Assembly (NCBI GenBank): GCA_020425635.1
Contig: JAGQRJ010000710.1
Location: forward strand, 1 to 51,663
Length of the DNA stretch: 51,663 nt
From: Planctomycetota bacterium
GTDB lineage: Bacteria; Planctomycetota; J058
Reading direction: 5' to 3'
Each line of letters begins with the position of its first letter. The stretch's first letter is position 1. The notes under the pieces were generated by a model, which saw only the letters and a list, made by a program, of their open reading frames with translations, searched no databases and was not told the origin of the DNA. A program made the translations under genes and the position numbers. Below, piece by piece: positions 51,186 to 51,663 of the stretch.

Positions 51186-51663
51186 TCAGCGCGCGCGCGA
51201 CTTCGCGTACTTCAGCAGGTAGCCGCCGCCGTTGAGAACGTAGACCGCGTCCGCGGTCACCGCAGGCTTGCCGTAGAGCCCCGTCCGCGAGGGGATCGCG
51301 CCGAGGAGCTCGCCGCGCTGGGGGTCGATCACGCGCAGGTCGTCGCCCAGGTTGTGGACCACGTAGAGCCCGTCGCTCGCGAGGACCGGCGGGATCTCCC
51401 ACTGGAAGTCGTTGTGGAGCGCCCACGCGAGCGCGGGGGCCGGGCTCGTGTCGACGCGCAGCACCTGGCCGTCGCGGCCCTCCTTGCAGACGAAGAGCGC
51501 GCCCGCCGCCCACTGCAGCGCGTGGTAGCGCTCCTGGGCGGGATACTCCGGGTTCGCTCCCGAGACCAGGTGCCGGCGCAGCTCGCCCGTCTCGAGCTCG
51601 AGGCCCAAGACCCTCCACGCGCCTTCTTCGTAGCTCGAGAGGTAGAGCAGCTCGTCGTCGAGC
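51186..51663 (-). CDS. Beta-propeller (PQQ/BamB-like repeat) protein, C-terminal part only (gene runs off the window)
   Basis: The frame is open to the window end. It contains repeated beta-strand units (DGLYVVHNLGDDLRVIDPQRGELL, DAVYVLNGGGYLLKY). Stop at 51186-51188. Confidence 0.5.
   Translation of the reverse strand, partial: LDDELLYLSSYEEGAWRVLGLELETGELRRHLVSGANPEYPAQERYHALQWAAGALFVCKEGRDGQVLRVDTSPAPALAWALHNDFQWEIPPVLASDGLYVVHNLGDDLRVIDPQRGELLGAIPSRTGLYGKPAVTADAVYVLNGGGYLLKYAKSRAR

Overview
This is a very GC-rich bacterial chromosomal segment. GC was not computed, but third codon positions are almost all G/C, which explains the many long Arg/Pro/Gly/Ala-rich shadow ORFs in the six-frame track. 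I call 37 protein-coding genes and found no rRNA, tRNA, CRISPR array, transposase or integrase. The gene content (eukaryote-like Ser/Thr kinases, a kinase-FGE fusion, TPR, a large BNR-repeat lipoprotein, a sigma54 activator, many GTG starts and 4-nt gene overlaps) suggests a Myxococcota-like organism; this is inference only.

Layout:
1. 1-2.6 kb: a TPR protein and a TerB-domain protein.
2. 2.7-12.7 kb: a six-gene translationally coupled operon with no KS or C domains. It encodes a Rieske-P450 fusion, a CAR-like adenylation-ACP-thioester reductase, a second P450, a sulfotransferase, an SDR and a type I Baeyer-Villiger monooxygenase.
3. 12.8-21.3 kb: a transmembrane Ser/Thr kinase with a Cys-less FGE-like ectodomain, a secreted protein, a 971-aa lipoprotein with 14 BNR-like blades, and a minimal non-RD kinase.
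4. 21.3-24.4 kb: the class II ribonucleotide reductase nrdJ.
5. 24.6-35.5 kb: a denitrification island. It holds norCBQD (NorC fused to an extra cytochrome c), nirK (cytochrome c-fused)-nirV-SCO1, an Rrf2/NsrR-type regulator, a lipoprotein cytochrome c and an alginate-export-type outer-membrane channel.
6. 35.5-46.1 kb: a nine-gene non-canonical nap operon. It has no recognisable napB, napC or napD. It contains a membrane-anchored protein of six tandem monoheme cytochrome c domains, two napG paralogues, napH, a signal-peptide protein maturing to an N-terminal His-His, a YHS-domain polyferredoxin membrane protein, a napF-like gene and a CMD-family gene.
7. 46.4-49.7 kb: a small membrane protein, an NtrC-type sigma54 activator and a REC-histidine kinase.
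8. 50.0-51.7 kb: an NmrA-like protein and a truncated beta-propeller protein.

The best candidates for undescribed biology are the oxidative/sulfating lipid operon in block 2 and the copper-linked, cytochrome-c-hardwired nap locus in block 6. Several conserved-looking non-coding motifs and a structured intergenic element are also reported.
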